The notes beneath the pieces were generated by a model that did not search any database, had not been told where the DNA came from, and was given only the letters and a program-made list of their open reading frames with translations. A DNA stretch of 64,000 bases from Octopus sinensis (lineage: Eukaryota), in contig NC_043014.1 of assembly GCF_006345805.1 (NCBI RefSeq), positions 29,512,001-29,576,000 of the forward strand, in the 5' to 3' direction. The first letter of the stretch is position 1, and each line of letters begins with the position of its first letter. A program made the translations under genes and the position numbers. This document shows positions 61,776-64,000 of the stretch, piece after piece.

Positions 61776-61972
61776 CGTGTGTACATACAAATATATATGT
61801 ACTCCTTTACCCTTTTATTTCGTTCATGCTGATATATATATATATATACATAATTAAATGTAATACGTTAGATCCCTTTATATATATATAAATATAAATA
61901 TTTTTTAAAAAACTAAATAAATAGATATAAGAAATATCTATCGTAACTAATATTTATCAATATACATATACT

Positions 61973-62165
61973 TACTTATTTCAGTCATTTAACTGAGGAC
62001 ATGCTTCGACTCCGCCTTGAAGGGTTTTAGTCGAACAAATCGACCCCAGGACTTCTTATTTTTTTAAGCCAAGTACTTATACTATTGGCCGGTTTTGCCG
62101 AATCGCTAAGTTACGAGGACGCAAACCAATGTCGGTTGTCAAGCGGTGGTGCTGGGCAAACAGAC
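61973..62165 (-). mobile_element. SINE family B 3' half, cut at its internal (TA)n by the duplication junction
   Basis: TTTCAGTCATTT..GTCGAACAAATCGACCCCAGGACTT..GCCGAATCGCTAAGTTACG. Confidence 0.9.
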
Positions 62166-62183
62166 ACACACGCGCGCATATAT

Positions 62184-62219
<36 letters not shown>

Positions 62220-62494
62220 CAGCTCTTTTTTTCGACAATGGAACTGCAACTGTAACATCCTACATATGTTTTTATTTCTTGACCACAAGTGGCCTGAACT
62301 CTTTACATGAACACCACCCTGTACATAACTCCATGTCCCCCTACATGGCCTTGCTTTTTACTTTTTGAGCCAAAGAATTAACTAACTAACTTTTATTTTT
62401 ATTCTCTTATTTCCCTTTATACTTCCTATATCCACCCTTTTCCAGAATAACTCCTTTTATTGAACTCTACTATTTTCATCTATTTAACTCTCTC

Positions 62495-62550
62495 GTATCG
62501 TCTCTGATGAATGGATATCCCTAATATCCCAGAAACTACTGTAAGACTAC
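62495..62550 (+). ncRNA. Duplicate of the hammerhead motif at 60952
   Basis: Identical sequence; GUA triplet at 62541-62543. Confidence 0.75.
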
Positions 62551-62577
62551 CTTTCTCTTTATAAATGTCCTATAATT

Positions 62578-63235
62578 TCCACACAGCGGTTCTTCTTCAG
62601 CTTACGGAACAACCAAAAGTCGCAGGGAACAAAGTATGGATTGTATGGAGGATGAGGGTCAGTCTTGATGCCTACCTGTCAAATAGTTGCAACCAGTCCG
62701 AGAGGAAGGGCTCAGACCTATTACGACTCAATCTCTTATTGAACTCCCACAAAACCTCCACAAAGTACTCTTTGTTGACTGTCTGGTCAGTGGATGTAAA
62801 TAGTGCCGTTGCTGTCGAAAAAAGGGATCATCATGAGCTCCTAGACTTGTTTTTTCTAGGGCCTTGGATCTGGTTGAGCCGGAATGCTTCCACTGGGCAC
62901 ATTGTCTATCGATCTCTGGGTCATAATGGTAGATACGGTTTTCGTTACGGGTCACTAAAGACTCAAGTACTCTTGGATTAGTGGTAATGAGCTCAACCAT
63001 TTACCTAATGTCACCAACGCGAGTCTTTTCTTCACTGAGCTCTCTGGGAACAAACTGCACAAATTTTACGCATGTTCAGATCTTCATGAAGCATTCTACA
63101 CACAGTTGCTTTATTATCTTTATAAGCGCACCACGGCCTTCATTCAAGAAATTGCAAATTTTCTTAACCAGCCTTGTTTTCTGATGTACCTCTCCTTCCC
63201 ATTACTTTTATCGTCTCTCATCTTCTGGAATGCAC
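62578..63235 (-). mobile_element. Mariner transposase remnant (duplicate)
   Basis: ORF 62728-63000 is identical to 61185-61457. Confidence 0.9.
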
Positions 63236-63280
63236 ATTGTGTGTGTGTATGTGTGTGTGTATGTGTGTGTGTATGTGTGC

Positions 63281-63326
<46 letters not shown>

Positions 63327-63517
63327 GTACATACAAATATATATGTACTCCTTTACCCTTTTATTTCGTTCATGCTGATATATATATATATATACATAAT
63401 TAAATGTAATACGTTAGATCCCTTTATATATATATAAATATAAATATTTTTTAAAAAACTAAATAAATAGATATAAGAAATATCTATCGTAACTAATATT
63501 TATCAATATACATATAC

Positions 63518-63730
63518 TTACTTATTTCAGTCATTTAACTGAGGACATGCTTCGACTCCGCCTTGAAGGGTTTTAGTCGAACAAATCGACCCCAGGACTT
63601 CTTATTTTTTAAGCCAAGTACTTATACTATTGGCCGTTTTGCCGAATCGCTAAGTTACGAGGACGCAAACCAATGTCGGTTGTCAAGCGGTGGTGCTGGG
63701 CAAACAGACACACACGCGCGCATATATATA

Positions 63731-63777
<47 letters not shown>

Positions 63778-63945
63778 ACGGTCTTCTTCAGTTTCTGTCA
63801 ACCAAATCCACTCACAAGCTATTGGTAAATCGGAAAGGCCCGAGGCTTTAGTAGAAAGCACCGTAATAGTTGTCACGCAGTGAGACTCAACCCAGAATCA
63901 TGTGGTTGCGAAGGAAGCTTCCTACCATACACCTATGCCTGCGTT
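63518..63945 (-). mobile_element. SINE family B, full length, diverged
   Basis: Tail 63518-63710, internal (TA)n, head 63775-63945. Confidence 0.85.
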
Positions 63946-64000
63946 TATGTGTGTGTGTGTGTGGTGTGTGTGTGTGCGTGTGTACATACAAATATATATG

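Larger units (their letters stand above)
60679..62219 (+). repeat. 1.54-kb tandem duplication, unit 1
   Basis: Near-identical to 62220-63770; both units start CAGCTCTTTTTTTCGACAATGG after (TA)n. Confidence 0.97.
62220..63770 (+). repeat. 1.54-kb tandem duplication, unit 2
   Basis: ORFs 61022-61438 and 62565-62981 are identical; the differences I found are single-base indels in homopolymers. Confidence 0.97.

Overview
Eukaryotic, AT-rich, repeat-saturated non-coding DNA. The SINE, LINE, Penelope and Helitron families and the kilobase (TA/TATG/GATA)n arrays look like an octopod cephalopod (Octopus) genome; this is from recall of the repeat families, not a database search. No intact host gene, rRNA, true tRNA or CRISPR array is supported. 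Almost all ORF-track entries are microsatellite translations (poly-IY, MYVC, CV, YLSI). The remaining ORFs are decayed transposons: CR1/Jockey-group, RTE, Dong/R4-type REL and L1/Tx1 LINEs, Penelope RT/GIY-YIG, and Tc1/mariner transposases. Non-autonomous elements include at least four tRNA-derived SINE families, Helitrons, Helentron-type HINEs and MITEs. The best signal is RNA-structural: several Penelope-associated repeat families carry minimal type I hammerhead-ribozyme folds. One has a canonical CUGAUGA core (60952-61007, duplicated at 62495-62550). A second family, in four copies, has a conserved non-canonical CUGU(C/A)GAA core with a palindromic ACGU helix III, and one copy is linked to a GIY-YIG remnant. 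A third family is degenerate. Also notable: a speculative HDV-like fold in an internally deleted RTE, a head-to-tail Helitron junction, a quasi-palindromic direct-repeat cassette, a perfect 26-bp hairpin, a MITE whose interior is duplicated in its flank, a 1.54-kb tandem duplication that may be an assembly artefact, and a few weak exon/promoter candidates. Repeat boundaries are approximate (about +/-10-30 bp) unless exact termini are quoted.
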